Shown here: positions 10,331 to 21,377 of the stretch, in pieces
How positions within the stretch are numbered: position 1 is the stretch's first letter
Layout: the number at the start of each line of letters is the position of its first letter
Assembly (NCBI GenBank): GCA_918797485.1
Contig: CAKKNE010000005.1
Coordinates: 2,418,001 to 2,482,000, forward strand
Reading direction: 5' to 3'
Length of the DNA stretch: 64,000 bases
Source of the DNA: Pelagomonas calceolata
Lineage: Eukaryota
Made by a program: the position numbers and the translations under genes
The notes under the pieces: model-generated
Databases searched by the model: none
Told to the model about the DNA's origin: nothing
What the model saw: only the letters and a program-made list of their open reading frames with translations

Positions 10331-11191
10331 ATGTCGGAGTTCGACTACGACGCCTTCACGCAGCAATTAAAAGTCAAACTGGCCGAGGACAAAACACCAA
10401 AACCAAGCAGGACGCTGCACCTCGAGTTTTGTGGAGACCCCTTCGATCCATTGACTGCCGTGAACATCAGACACATACGGGCGGCCGTGCGCGCCTACGC
10501 GGCGGAACGCGCCGCATCCAACGAGCCGCTCCTGAAGGTCGAGACGCACCGCGTGTCGAGCTTTTTAATCCCGGGCTACTGCAGCATGCCCGACGACTGG
10601 ACCGAGACGCACGCGTCGTACATTGCACGGCCCGGCGCGCGCGACGACGAAAGTGATGTGCTCGAGCGCGCGCACAAGGTGGGGTTGCTGAGAGAGGGCT
10701 GGACGAAGGACGCGCTCGCAAAACGTACACATGGCAACGCGACGAAGGCGCACCGGTTGATTGCCTTCGTCGGGGCGCTGCGCGGCGCGGCGGCCGCGGA
10801 GAAATGCGTGGACGCGCTGCAGACGGCGCACTTCGCCGATGGTAAAGCTCCTTCTGATCCAGCCTTGTTGGACGCGGCGGCGGTCGCCGGCGGCACTTCC
10901 AAATTTGTTGTAAGGCGCTTCCTGCAGACGCGCGAGTTGGAGAAGGAGGTTGCCCAGATGGCGGACGCGGTCGACCGGAGCATTGCCCGAGACAGGCTGC
11001 CCGCCCTTATTGTGGATGGGGAGCTGGCCGTCGAGGGGCCCCACTTTGATAGGGACGCCGTCCTCGCGGCGCTGCGCGCGTGTCCTGAGCCGACGGGCGC
11101 GCGCGCGTTTCCGCCGCCGAGGCGAGACACCTCGAAGCGGAGAGAGCACGAGCCGCTCGACGTGTCTGTGCCGCCTGGTGTAACAAACTAG
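10331..11191 (+). CDS. DsbA/FrnE-like thioredoxin-fold protein
   Basis: GNATKAHRLIAF, ALQTAHFADGKAPSDPALLDAAA and LPALIVDG match the DSBA family, but the CxxC is absent. Confidence 0.7.
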   Translation: MSEFDYDAFTQQLKVKLAEDKTPKPSRTLHLEFCGDPFDPLTAVNIRHIRAAVRAYAAERAASNEPLLKVETHRVSSFLIPGYCSMPDDWTETHASYIARPGARDDESDVLERAHKVGLLREGWTKDALAKRTHGNATKAHRLIAFVGALRGAAAAEKCVDALQTAHFADGKAPSDPALLDAAAVAGGTSKFVVRRFLQTRELEKEVAQMADAVDRSIARDRLPALIVDGELAVEGPHFDRDAVLAALRACPEPTGARAFPPPRRDTSKRREHEPLDVSVPPGVTN

Positions 11192-11229
11192 CACATTACT
11201 ACCCTTTCCTCGAACGTCTCACGTCCTCA

Positions 11230-11883
11230 TCAACGTCCTGGCGCCGCGCGGTCGCCGAGCGCTCCCCGCCGGTCGGGATGCACGCGCAGGGCGCACTTCT
11301 CGGCGAAGGCGGCCAGGTCGACTTCGGTCGTCGGCGGTGGTTGTGGGACGCCGTCGAGGCGGATGTCGCGCGCGGCGAACGCCGGCGCCGCCGGCTCCCG
11401 CGGCGCCGGACGCATGAGGACCTGTCTCCGCGCCCGGCACGCCTTCGCCGCCCGTTTCGCCGCATTCTTCGCGGCGCCCACGAGTTCCGGGCCCCGGTCG
11501 CGTTTGAGTTTGCCCGCTTCCATGAGCTCGTCGACGAGCCACTCCGCCGACTCGACGGCGAGTAAGTCGGACGACGCGTCGGCGCTCTCGCGCAGCGCGT
11601 CGAAGACCTTCGCGCCCTTGGCCGGGCCGCTGGCCACGAGGAACCGGCGCGTCGCGGCGTACGTGAACGGGAGCCCTCGGAAGGCACGCGAGAGCTCGCA
11701 GCGGCCCAACGCCTTCAGCAGCGTGACGCGGTGCAGCTGGCCGTCGCCGGAACCCTCCATCAGCGCCGCGTCGCCTTTCTGCCGCTGCTGCTCGCTGACG
11801 TCGTAGGTCGCGACGCGTTTCAGGATCGTGTCTACGCAGTAGGCGCGCAGCGTCCTGCATTTTTGCTGCGGTGCAGTTGCCAT
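11230..11883 (-). CDS. Hypothetical protein
   Basis: 217-aa ORF from ATG with protein-like composition; divergent from 12254 across a dyad element. Confidence 0.55.
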   Translation of the reverse strand: MATAPQQKCRTLRAYCVDTILKRVATYDVSEQQRQKGDAALMEGSGDGQLHRVTLLKALGRCELSRAFRGLPFTYAATRRFLVASGPAKGAKVFDALRESADASSDLLAVESAEWLVDELMEAGKLKRDRGPELVGAAKNAAKRAAKACRARRQVLMRPAPREPAAPAFAARDIRLDGVPQPPPTTEVDLAAFAEKCALRVHPDRRGALGDRAAPGR

Positions 11884-11989
11884 CGTGAAGCACTCGTACT
11901 GCGGTTTGTGAGTAGCGATGCGACCAGTTGTTTGCGTGAATTGAAATGTAGTTGCAGCGCTACAGACCAGAGACTCAAGCGTCGAGCTG

Positions 11990-12013
11990 GCTAGTGCCTT
12001 ACAGGACGCTAGC
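11990..12013. promoter_or_regulatory. Paired-CTAG dyad element
   Basis: GCTAGTGCCTTACAGGACGCTAGC, exact reverse complement of 4198..4221. Confidence 0.65.
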
Positions 12014-12253
12014 TCGGTACTTTTTTTGCAGGCGCCAGTGCAAGGGAATTGGTGAAAATCGAGCCCACGTGGCGTCGCTTAACACAATTGTCAAGCGCAA
12101 ACGTAGCACGGAGCCCGCGGGCGACGCTGATCGATCCATATTCAAATTGTTTCCTCTCCTGCTTTCCTTTCCACAGCGGCCAGACGTCTATTTACCGTGC
12201 CCGCTTGACTACCCTCTCCAGACGTAAAAATTGAGTAGTCGCGCGTGAGAACG

Positions 12254-13447
12254 ATGGGCTGTACGAATAGCAAAGAGCGCCCGCGGACGCCGCCTCCCGA
12301 CGCCCAACTGCAAAACGTTGTCTCCGACGGCGATGGCTTCTGGGCCGCAAACGGGGAGCAAAGAGCGTCGCGCGAGGCCACGCCGTTAAAGGCCGCCGCG
12401 GACCCGTTCCAGACCGTCGACCTCACGAACCCGGAAACCGCCGCCGCTGCGTCGTCGCCCGCGAAAGACCTATCCGACGCCTTTGGCGAACCGAAAACAC
12501 CAGTCCTCGTCCCCGCCGACGCCTTCGGCGCGCCAAAGGCGCCGGTTCTCGTGACCGCCACGGATGCGCCGCGAGACTCGGAAGACAGCGCCCGGGCTAT
12601 GACTATCAACAAGGTCCCGCCGGGCGCGGCCATCTCGCCGCCGCCGAAGCCGCTCTCGCCAACAGCCGCGGTCGTGGCCGCGCTCGCCGCAACGCCGACG
12701 CTGGCGCAGCCGACGATGCCCCAGCCGCGAGTGACGGCCTGGGTCGTCGGCGGCGGCGCGCTGACCCACGCGACGACGGCCACGGACCCGCGCCAGGGCG
12801 TGACGATCAAGAATGCGGGGGGCTTCTCGCTCGCCGAGGCCGTCGCCGATCCGCCCACGAGCCCCGTCGCCGCGATCCCCGAGGCCTTTACGGCCGCGTT
12901 CGGCGCGCCGCCGACGCCGGTGGTCAAGGAGACGCCGGCGCCGGCTCCCTCTCCACCCAAGGCCATGCCGTGGCGGCCCGAGCTCCAGCGCGAGGCGTGG
13001 CGCGCGGGCGACTGGTGCATCGCCATCCGCGACCAGGACTGGCACACCGGCAGCGCCTACTACGGGCTCGTGGCCAAGGAGAACGCCGACGGCACCTTCG
13101 CGGTCCACTACGACGACGGCCACGTCCAGCCCGACGTGCGCGAGGACGAACTCCGGTGCCTCGACCGCGCCGACGGGTCCTGCGTGCTGCCGGGCTCGAA
13201 GCGCGACATGACGCCGGGCTCGCGCGGCGCCGAGCTAGTTGGAGACGCGTGGCGCGCGCAGCAGCTGGCCGTCTACGGCCCGGCCGCCAAGCCGACCGCA
13301 ACTGCGGAAGTCTCAGCGCCTGCGACGGCGGAGGCCGCGGCGCCCCCCAAGCCGTCGCCGACAAAGAAGCCGTCGATCAAGCCCGTGATGCCCGGCGGCC
13401 GCAAGAAGAGCAACAAAAAGAAGAAGAAAGGAAACAAAAAGAAGTGA
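12254..13447 (+). CDS. Putatively N-myristoylated/palmitoylated Pro/Ala-rich protein with Tudor-like domain
   Basis: MGCTNSK acylation motif; WRAGDWCIA...YYGLVAKENADGTFAVHYDDGHVQPDV; Lys-rich tail. Confidence 0.75.
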   Translation: MGCTNSKERPRTPPPDAQLQNVVSDGDGFWAANGEQRASREATPLKAAADPFQTVDLTNPETAAAASSPAKDLSDAFGEPKTPVLVPADAFGAPKAPVLVTATDAPRDSEDSARAMTINKVPPGAAISPPPKPLSPTAAVVAALAATPTLAQPTMPQPRVTAWVVGGGALTHATTATDPRQGVTIKNAGGFSLAEAVADPPTSPVAAIPEAFTAAFGAPPTPVVKETPAPAPSPPKAMPWRPELQREAWRAGDWCIAIRDQDWHTGSAYYGLVAKENADGTFAVHYDDGHVQPDVREDELRCLDRADGSCVLPGSKRDMTPGSRGAELVGDAWRAQQLAVYGPAAKPTATAEVSAPATAEAAAPPKPSPTKKPSIKPVMPGGRKKSNKKKKKGNKKK

Positions 13448-13579
13448 GAACAACGCCGCCGCTCCATCCACCCGCGTCCGTAGCCGCGCACTAGTCCTAA
13501 CCAACAGATTAACTTAACATCCAGCTTGGGAGGCGGCCGGCGGCTTGGTAGCTGCGGCCTAGCTCTAAGCAAAGCAACA

Positions 13580-15220
13580 TCATTGACCCTCGATCTCGAG
13601 CGCCCGCTCGAAGTCGCGCGCGGCCTCGTCGTCGCGGCCCAGGCGATCATACGAGATGCCGCGGTTGTGCAGCGCGTGGGCGTTCGCCGGATCAAGCCGG
13701 AGCGCTTCCGTATAATCCGCGACCGCCGCGTCGAATTTCTCCAGCTTCGCGGAGCAGTAGGCGCGGGCGTTGTACAACTTGGCCGTCGGCGCGTCGGCAA
13801 GAGCCTTTCCGTAGTCCCGTCGCGCGCCCACGAAATCCCCGATTTTGCGGCGGGCGTAGGCGCGGTTCGCTCGGGCGGTCCGGTGGTGCGGGTCCAGCTT
13901 GAGCGCCGCCGAAAACGCCGCGACCGCCGCCGCGTGGTCGCCGCGGTGACGTGCGTTCGTGCCGCGCGCGTGGTGATAATCTGCGCCCGGCACCAGACCG
14001 CAGTCGACAGCCGCGTCGAACGCTTCGACGGCGTCCTCGAGTCGCCCTAATTTCTCCAACACAACACCTTTGTTGTGGAGCGCCGACGCGTGTCCCGGCT
14101 CGACGACGAGGGCAGCTTCGTAGTCACAAAGGGCAGCCTCACGTTGGCCCAATGCGTCCAGGCAGAACGCCCGATTATACAAAGCCTTGAAGTGACTCGG
14201 GTCCCGTGTGAGTGCCGACGAGTAGTCGTCGATCGCACCACTGAAATCAGCAAGCTTGCGCTTGCAAAATGCCCTATTGTGGTAGAAGTCCGCGATGGGG
14301 TAGTTCTTGCTCGCCTCGGCCCTCTGTATGGCATGCGTGAAGTCGTCGAGGGCCGCCGCGGCGTCGCCTTGCCGCTGGCGGCAGATACCTCGATTGTACC
14401 AGGCTAGCGCATGCCTCGGCAACACGTCAATCGCCGCGGTATATTCCGAGATCGCATTCGGCAAGTCGTTTGCAGCATCGTACGCATATGCCCGGTCAAA
14501 GTGAGCGCGGAATTGCCCCTTGGCAGCGTTCTCTTCGAGTTTCGCAGCATAGGCGTCGACGCCCAAGCGCAACGACAGCCGTCGTTGGAGAGAGGGTGAC
14601 GGCGCCCCAGTATCGGGAGTCGCGTCCAGAGCCAGCGCCGCCTCGTAGTCATCGGCCGCCCTCGCGTCGAGCGGGTTCCGACAGGCAGCCCTACGATATG
14701 CCGCCCTCGCGTGGGCCGGATTCTCCGCCAGACACGCGCTGTAGGCTTGTATCGCTTCCTCTGGACGCTCTTGCTTTGCGAGGACCTCAGCTCGCTGGAA
14801 ATGAATAGACGCCCGGACGCCATTCTTGGAGAGCGCGAGCGCCGCGGCGAGGTCGGCCAGCGCCTCCTCAAAATTGCCCGTCGAAGCATAGGCGGCGGCC
14901 CGTTCCGTGCGCAGCGCCCTAGCTACCTCGCCGGAAGCGTGCTCGAGTTCCCGCGTCGTCCGCGCCACCACGTCCTCGCTTTTCGCCTCGTGGCGTTGGC
15001 GCGCGCTGCGGCTCCGCGGCGGCGTCGCGTTCGTTGGTGTGCGGGCGACCATTGCTGCCATTGCTTGAGATTGCCACGTGATCTCCCTGGTCGGCGTGGT
15101 AGGGATCATGTCCTTGCCCGGCGTCGTCGCCGGGCTCCGGAGTTGCTGCTTGTAGATCGGGATCCTCTCCTTGGCCGGCGTGGCGGGGCTCCGGAGTTGC
15201 TGCTTGTCAAAGGTAGCCAT
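13580..15220 (-). CDS. TPR-repeat protein
   Basis: Many TPR units (AWYNRGIC, ALYNRAFC, ALHNKGVV, ALHNRGISY); duplicated KQQLRSPAT at the N-terminus (15132-15153, 15186-15207). Confidence 0.9.
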   Translation of the reverse strand: MATFDKQQLRSPATPAKERIPIYKQQLRSPATTPGKDMIPTTPTREITWQSQAMAAMVARTPTNATPPRSRSARQRHEAKSEDVVARTTRELEHASGEVARALRTERAAAYASTGNFEEALADLAAALALSKNGVRASIHFQRAEVLAKQERPEEAIQAYSACLAENPAHARAAYRRAACRNPLDARAADDYEAALALDATPDTGAPSPSLQRRLSLRLGVDAYAAKLEENAAKGQFRAHFDRAYAYDAANDLPNAISEYTAAIDVLPRHALAWYNRGICRQRQGDAAAALDDFTHAIQRAEASKNYPIADFYHNRAFCKRKLADFSGAIDDYSSALTRDPSHFKALYNRAFCLDALGQREAALCDYEAALVVEPGHASALHNKGVVLEKLGRLEDAVEAFDAAVDCGLVPGADYHHARGTNARHRGDHAAAVAAFSAALKLDPHHRTARANRAYARRKIGDFVGARRDYGKALADAPTAKLYNARAYCSAKLEKFDAAVADYTEALRLDPANAHALHNRGISYDRLGRDDEAARDFERALEIEGQ

Positions 15221-15363
15221 ACTGGGCAGCCTGAAGCGCAGCGATGCAAAGGACGGGGCAGCGTGTGTGGCACACTATGCCTTGCACCTATGCGACTGCT
15301 GGCGCCCAGATTCCCGCTCTGGGCTGCCTGCGAGGCCGCGATCCCAGGGTGCTCTCTTGCGGC

Positions 15364-15389
15364 GCTAGTGTGTCAATATGCACGCTAGG
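15364..15389. promoter_or_regulatory. Paired-CTAG dyad element variant
   Basis: GCTAGTGTGTCAATATGCACGCTAGG between divergent TPR and FKBP genes. Confidence 0.5.
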
Positions 15390-15467
15390 TCCGCAAAAAG
15401 CAGCTAACTTGCCTTAGCGCTGGAAACGGATAGTGCAAATAAGCCTGCAGGTATCTGCAGACCAACC

Positions 15468-16856
15468 ATGGCCACGCCGCAAGCGTCAGATGCAAGCGAG
15501 GCCGAGGAGGACGTCTCCCCAGGCGGCGACGGCTCCCTGCTAAAAACAATACTAAAACAAGGCAAGGAACGAGGCCCGCAAGCATTAACGACGCCGTCGC
15601 CGCTCTGCGAAATTACGATGCGCGTGCGAGAAGAAAACGCCGCAACGCAGACGACTGTGGTATGGCCGCGGCAGCACCACGGCGCTGAGCAACCACCAGG
15701 TCTGCCTCCACAATTACGCGTCGGCGTCGAGACGATGCGGCTCGGCGAAGTGGCGCGAATAACACACGTCGACTTTGACCAGACGCCATCGGTGCGAACG
15801 ACCTTTGACGTCGAGGTTGTGACTTGGGACGAGGCCCTCGTGATGAATAGTGTTACGAAGCGCATCGTGAAACGACCGCCCATCCAGGCGTGGCGCGAGC
15901 CGCGGGCGCTGGACCGGGTCGTCGTGAGGGGCTTTCTCGGAAACGTGGACTACGGGCCGCTGTCGGAAGACTGGCCGGACCCCTCATTGACAGCACCACC
16001 GATAAAAGGCCAATGGCGCCTCGACGAAGATACTGAAAATGGCGAAGGGCGGCCCATCAGTGCGGGGCTGGAGGAGTGCGTCAAGACGATGCGCGTCGGC
16101 GAGGTGTGCGAGGTCGTGATAGGCGAGGACAGAGGCACCATTGAATTAGCCCAACTACTCGAAGATCCGGACCAAGCGTTGATCTCGCATAGGGGCGCCT
16201 GGGCCGAGCCCGGCGACGCAGAAAGACGATCGAAGGCCGTCGACGCGCTAAGGGCAATGGGCAACACTCACCTAAAGAAGGGCGATTTGCAAAAAGCCAT
16301 ACGGCGCTACGACCGGGCCTTGGAGGTGGCTGATGATGGAGGTGGGGATGATGGAGACAACTACCTGATGGAGGAGTCCGAGGACGCACAACAAGCGTCG
16401 AAAGCCGCGTATGAAGCCGGCAAAGAGGCCGTGAAGCGTCGCAGTCTCGCGGCGCGCGCGAACCGGGCCCTGGCCCACCTGAAGAATGGAGACGCCCTGC
16501 AGGCGAAGCTCGACTGCGAGGCGGTGCTCGAAGAAGACGAGAGTCACGTGAAGTGCAAATTCCGGCGGGCCCAGGCTCTGGTGGAATTGGGCAGCATTGA
16601 ACAGGCTTGCGATGTTTTTAAGGCACTGATGGAGGTCCCCTCGTTGCAACGCGAGGCGCGCGCGGGTTTGGTGAACGCGAGGAAGATGCTCAAGGCGCAC
16701 CGCGACGCGGAAAGGGACCTGTTCCGGGGGAAGATCAAGGCCGTGCCCGAGAATCCGGTTGCAAAGCCGCCCCGGAAAAACGCTCTAGAGCGCACCGTCG
16801 TGGCGTCGCTTGCTGGAAGGCGCGCGGTCGGGCGGGCGGCGTCCGACGCGTATTAG
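15468..16856 (+). CDS. FKBP-type PPIase-like protein with TPR domain (degenerate FKBP domains)
   Basis: GDGSLLKTILKQG, LRVGVETMRLGEVA, GLEECVKTMRVGEVC, then TPR (MGNTHLKKG...AIRRYDRAL, NRALAHLK, KCKFRRAQA). Confidence 0.8.
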   Translation: MATPQASDASEAEEDVSPGGDGSLLKTILKQGKERGPQALTTPSPLCEITMRVREENAATQTTVVWPRQHHGAEQPPGLPPQLRVGVETMRLGEVARITHVDFDQTPSVRTTFDVEVVTWDEALVMNSVTKRIVKRPPIQAWREPRALDRVVVRGFLGNVDYGPLSEDWPDPSLTAPPIKGQWRLDEDTENGEGRPISAGLEECVKTMRVGEVCEVVIGEDRGTIELAQLLEDPDQALISHRGAWAEPGDAERRSKAVDALRAMGNTHLKKGDLQKAIRRYDRALEVADDGGGDDGDNYLMEESEDAQQASKAAYEAGKEAVKRRSLAARANRALAHLKNGDALQAKLDCEAVLEEDESHVKCKFRRAQALVELGSIEQACDVFKALMEVPSLQREARAGLVNARKMLKAHRDAERDLFRGKIKAVPENPVAKPPRKNALERTVVASLAGRRAVGRAASDAY

Positions 16857-16876
16857 TTTTGTTAAACAGTGTGTAA

Positions 16877-17680
16877 TTAGAACAGACCCGTGAGCGGCGA
16901 CCAGCTCGCGCCGCCGCCCGCGATCTTTTTCTTCTCCGCGTCGGCCTTCTCCTGGATGGCCTTTTTTTCTTTTCGCGCCTTCTCGTCGGCGCGTTTCTTG
17001 TCCTCGGCCTTTTTTTGCGCGGCCTTAGCATCCCTCTCCTTCTTCTCGCGCCGCGCCTTGTTCTGGGCGACGAACTTGTCCTTCTTCGCCTTTTTGTCGC
17101 GGACTTCTTTCATTTTCGGCAGCTGGGCCTTCATGCGCGGCACGCTCGAGTCGTAGTCCTTCACGGCGCTCTCCATCTGGCCCTTCATTTTCATCATTTC
17201 TTGAACCTCCGGCATGGCGTCGACCTTCTTCTTCTGCGCCTCGAACTGCGCCGTCATGTCCTTCTTCTGCTTCTCCATCTTCGCGATCGTCGCCTCGGCG
17301 TCGGCGACGGCCTGGGCCTCCTTCGTCAGCTTCGAAGCCGGCGGCGCCGGAGGCTTCGCGACGGGCTTCGCGATCGCCATCGCGGGGCCCTTGCCCTTGT
17401 CGCCCTTGGCCTTGGGCTTGAGCGCCTCGCGCTGCCGCTCCTGGGCGCAGAGGTCGCTCGTCGGCGCGTAGTCGCAGATCGCAGCAAACGAGGTCGTCGG
17501 CCATGCGAGGGCGAGCGATGCGGCGACAGTGCCGGCCGCGCGCGCAATCGCTGCATTGGTTTGCGCAGCTTTTTGCAGGGGTGCAGCCATTTTGGGCCTC
17601 GCCTGCTGCCTAGCGATCGGATTGAGGCCCGCCGAATTGCCGAGGCATAGCGCCAGTACCACTAAGCACCGCTGCACCAT
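16877..17680 (-). CDS. Probable plastid (thylakoid lumen)-targeted Lys-rich coiled-coil protein
   Basis: Signal peptide, basic transit peptide, second hydrophobic stretch ending TSFA, a Cys pair, then a coiled coil. Confidence 0.7.
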   Translation of the reverse strand: MVQRCLVVLALCLGNSAGLNPIARQQARPKMAAPLQKAAQTNAAIARAAGTVAASLALAWPTTSFAAICDYAPTSDLCAQERQREALKPKAKGDKGKGPAMAIAKPVAKPPAPPASKLTKEAQAVADAEATIAKMEKQKKDMTAQFEAQKKKVDAMPEVQEMMKMKGQMESAVKDYDSSVPRMKAQLPKMKEVRDKKAKKDKFVAQNKARREKKERDAKAAQKKAEDKKRADEKARKEKKAIQEKADAEKKKIAGGGASWSPLTGLF

Positions 17681-18034
17681 TGTTTTTGCAATCGCTTGCG
17701 GCTAGCAGCAGCACGAGCTCGGTAAAATGGCATCCAGTCAGGTCCTCAAAATCGCATCAAATGGTACGGGGTTGACAAAACAGCATCGACTCCATTGCAC
17801 GCCCAGCACCATTTTCCAGCATTCTCAAGAGGGTTCCAAAAAGAGATGCGTCCATCCGGCAGCGCCGAAAGGGCAGTCTCCGCCGCGCCGGCGCGGCGGA
17901 CGGACAAACAACAACAGAAAGTCGAAAACACCCAGCAAGTTAGCCGAAGGATGGGGGAGGGAGGGGCTGGACAGAGCTCGGGCGGCGAGGGGGGCGGGGG
18001 GAATTGGCGCGCCGGCGTAGGGCGAGGCGCGAAC

Positions 18035-21000
18035 TCAGTACATGGCCGTGCGCCAGTTCTGCTGCGGCGCGCCGTATTGCACGCGCGGCGGTTGCGGCAG
18101 GGGCACGGCGAACTGCCCCCCCGGGCCGACGCCCTGCGGGATGATGACCGTCATCATCTGGCCCGTGTTCGGCGCGCGGACCATGAGCTGCATGCCCGGG
18201 CCATGGCCGGCCGGCACTAACACCGGAAAGGTGCCGGCCGGCATGGCCATCTGCACCGGCCGTTGCGGTACCGGCGGAGGCGGCGCCTGGTACTGTTGAG
18301 GTTGCTGGTAGGCCGGAGGAGCAGGAGGGGGCGCTACACTTCCAGCCGGGCGCCGTCGCACGACTCGACTGTTCTCGTTGTGGATATTGACCTGCAAAGC
18401 CCCGGTCGGCGGCGGCTGCTGGATGCGAGCTGAGCGAGCCGCGGCCCCAAACCTCACCTCAAAAGGAATGCCCGGCAACCGCACAACAGCGTTCGGGTTC
18501 GATCTCACGGCCGCTTCCAGGATCGACGCCGTGGCATTGTCGTAGGCCGTCCACACACCCCGACTATCTTGGTGCTCATAAATAGCGCATTGTTGGACGG
18601 GAGCGGCCACGGCCGTGGGCTGCGGCACGGGAACCGGAGGCGGCGGAGGAGGTGAAGGCGCCTTCGGCGACGCAGGCGGCGTGGGAGGGTCGGGGTCGTC
18701 CACGACCCCGTCGCCGTCGGGCTCCGATTGAGTGTCCGCTATCACGTCGATGGGCGCCTCCGGGTCCTCCAACGCATCTGGGAGCGTCACCCACGCCTGA
18801 GCTAGTCTCTTATAATTCCCGGAGCACTCCTTCTTGATGCCGTCCTTCAATACAGTAGTATACTTCCTCTGGTAGGCCGCCGCAATCGCCAGAGCGTCAC
18901 ATTTGTCCGAGCCACCCAACACGCGACACACGACCTTATCCGAAGTACCTAAACCAACGAAGGCCTTGCGAATGCGCATCGCGTAGTAGTCCGCGGGCGG
19001 CAGCAGTAACGCCTGGAGACACTTCTTCAAATTTTTTTGGCCGACCTTCGCGATCTGACTTTCTAGAGATCTATTATATTTCTTTTCATAGGCAGAACGT
19101 AGCGCCGCGTTCTGGTTCGGCGAGTTCTTCGCTAGGATGGAGATGAACTTTTCGTCATCAGTAGAACCCCACCGACTGACCCCTTTGTGGAGCTCGTCGG
19201 CCTGTTCTTTTGCTAGCTTTTCGTTCACTGGTGCTGTCTCATTGCGTTCTCCTTTGAGTAATTCTAAAGCTAAAGTGCGGTTGGAGCCATGTAATTCAGA
19301 ACGTAACCGATCGACGAGCGGCTTGTCGTGCTTGCCCTCCCATCTAGCTTTAGCTGCTCGAACGCGAGCTTGGGATCTTCCTACAAGAAACTCAATAATA
19401 GCGACGGCGTCGGCGCCGAGCCCATCCATGGCTGAATCCAAGGCTCGCACGTCGGCATCTTCCGGCGATTCGACCAGATACGTCATGAAGAGCCTATACC
19501 AGCCTGTGGTCTCCGATCTCAATCTCTTTAGTAGTGGTTTGTCCCGTTGTTCGTAGTAGGCTGCCGCTACTTTCTGTAAATGCGGTTTCGAGCGAGAACA
19601 CAACAACGCGATCAATTTCCCGTCGGACGTGCCCCACCCATGGCAGCAGTTGTAGATCTCCTGGGCGTCCACATCGGCCATCATGCACTCCACGGAGTTG
19701 TGTTCCACTAGTAAGTCATCTAGTAGAGCATCTAAATCAGTGCAAGTGTCTACGTCGACATTTGTCTTAACCTCAAGATGTTGCGCCGGATCTTCCAAAG
19801 CCGAGATCCAGGCCGTGGCCGCTTTCAGGAAGTTGCCCTTGATGTTGGCTCGTAGGGCGTCTTTGAGAGTACGCGTATACTTCCGCTGGTACGCGTCGGC
19901 CACTTGGAGCATCGACGGCTTCGAGGCGTGGTCCAACCCACCCAATATTCTGATTAAAACTTTATCGTCGGCGCCCCAGCCCTTCATGGCCTTTTCGAGG
20001 CGCATGGCCAAGAACTCCTCCGGCGGCACCAATAAAGCAGATAATGCCAAAAAGAACTTCTTGCCGCACTTGGCCTCCAGCGCTTTCTTTAATGATTTAT
20101 TATATGTACTCTCGTAGATCTCCTGGATGAGTTTCACTTCATCTGGTGGAGAAGTAAGTAACCAATCCACAATCCGGTCCTGCGCGGATCGATACCGTGA
20201 GGCGCGTGGACTCTCTGGTGATCACGAAGACGCCATCGACGCGACGAGGCATCGCGTCGGCGCCGTCGACGCGAACTTGAAGTTCGGAAACGTTCAGAAA
20301 CGGACGCTGAGTCACTCACTTCGTGAAAATTCTGGAACATGTTCTTCGTGCATTCATGATGTAACCTCTCGGCGTGGTGCGCCGCGCGCTTCTTGTCCAC
20401 CGGGCCCGTCCAGTTCCTCTTGCCTTTGAGGATCTCCAGGATCAGGTGTTTCAAATCCTTGAACAGCATGCCTAGTTCCTTTCCGATGTAGTCGAAGAGG
20501 GCCTTGTCTCGGCGCCCTTCCCAGCACTTCTTTCCTGCCTCTAGTTGTTCTGGGCTTCTAGTCATACATAATTCAATGAGGGCGTTTTCGTCGCAGCCCA
20601 TGCCGTGGCACGCCGCGTGGATGACATCTGCCACATATTCATCCGGATCTGAGAGAGCGTGGCCCATCATCCGCCCGTAGTCGCTACCCGTTTTACTTTT
20701 GACGTCTTTGCAGAGGTCCCTATCAAATTTCGCTCTGTACTGTTGCTTCGTTCTGTTTAACGATGCCTTCGTTCTCGTACAGAGTACCGCGATCAGCTTC
20801 GAGTTGTCGCACCCCGAAAAGCCACCCTTCAGGATGCCCGCGTGCATCGCATCCCTAGCCATGGTCGCGTCCATCTCGGCGATGCGATCTTTCAACATGT
20901 TATTTATCTTCTGCAATCGGCGGCAGCACTCCTTCTTGGTCTCGGGGTCGTCGAGCGAGCCCCGCGCGGCGACGATCTTCGCGACCGTCGTGTTGCGCAG

Positions 21001-21042
21001 CCGCGTCTTCTCGTCGAGCATGACCTGGGACATGGCGGCCAT
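18035..21042 (-). CDS. Eight-repeat annexin with C-terminal WWE-like domain (exons 21042-20320, 20179-18035)
   Basis: Annexin GxGT/D loops (GMGCD, GWGAD, GWGTSD, GLGAD, RWGSTD, GLGTSD). A GT-AG intron joins ORFs 20134..21042 and 18035..20170 in frame (FHE|DRIVDW). Confidence 0.88.
20180..20319 (-). other. Spliceosomal intron, 140 nt GT-AG, repeat-derived
   Basis: GTGAGT...CCGCGCAG; shares CGATGGCGTCTTCRTGA and GAGTCYACGCGC with intron 23251..23370. Confidence 0.85.
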
Positions 21043-21377
21043 GGTGAGCTTGGGATGCCTGTTCAGCTGCTCCGGTGCGTGGCGGAGCGCGCGCTTCGCG
21101 CCCTGGCTGCGCGGTGTGTTTGTTATGGCGTGGCGAGCTTGGCGTGCGCGGGGGGCAGCTTTACGCCCCGTCCGTGGCCCAACTCCTCGGGATTTCGAGC
21201 CGGAGAGCTCGAGCTAAAAAGTTGGCGCGGGTCGCGCGCCCGGCATTTTCCTCGGTTGCCAGTCCGCGGGAAACTGCTAAAGCACGGCTCCTCGGAGCGG
21301 GAGATGCATCCTCGGCCGGGGGGCGCGGCCGCGAGACGCGCGCGAGACGCGCGGTCACCGCGGCCTGCAGCAGGAGG

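Noticed and set aside
11199..11300. LRVHPDR as a J-domain, or TGA-TGA as selenocysteine readthrough
   Set aside because: No surrounding J-domain helices, no redox motif context and no SECIS identified.
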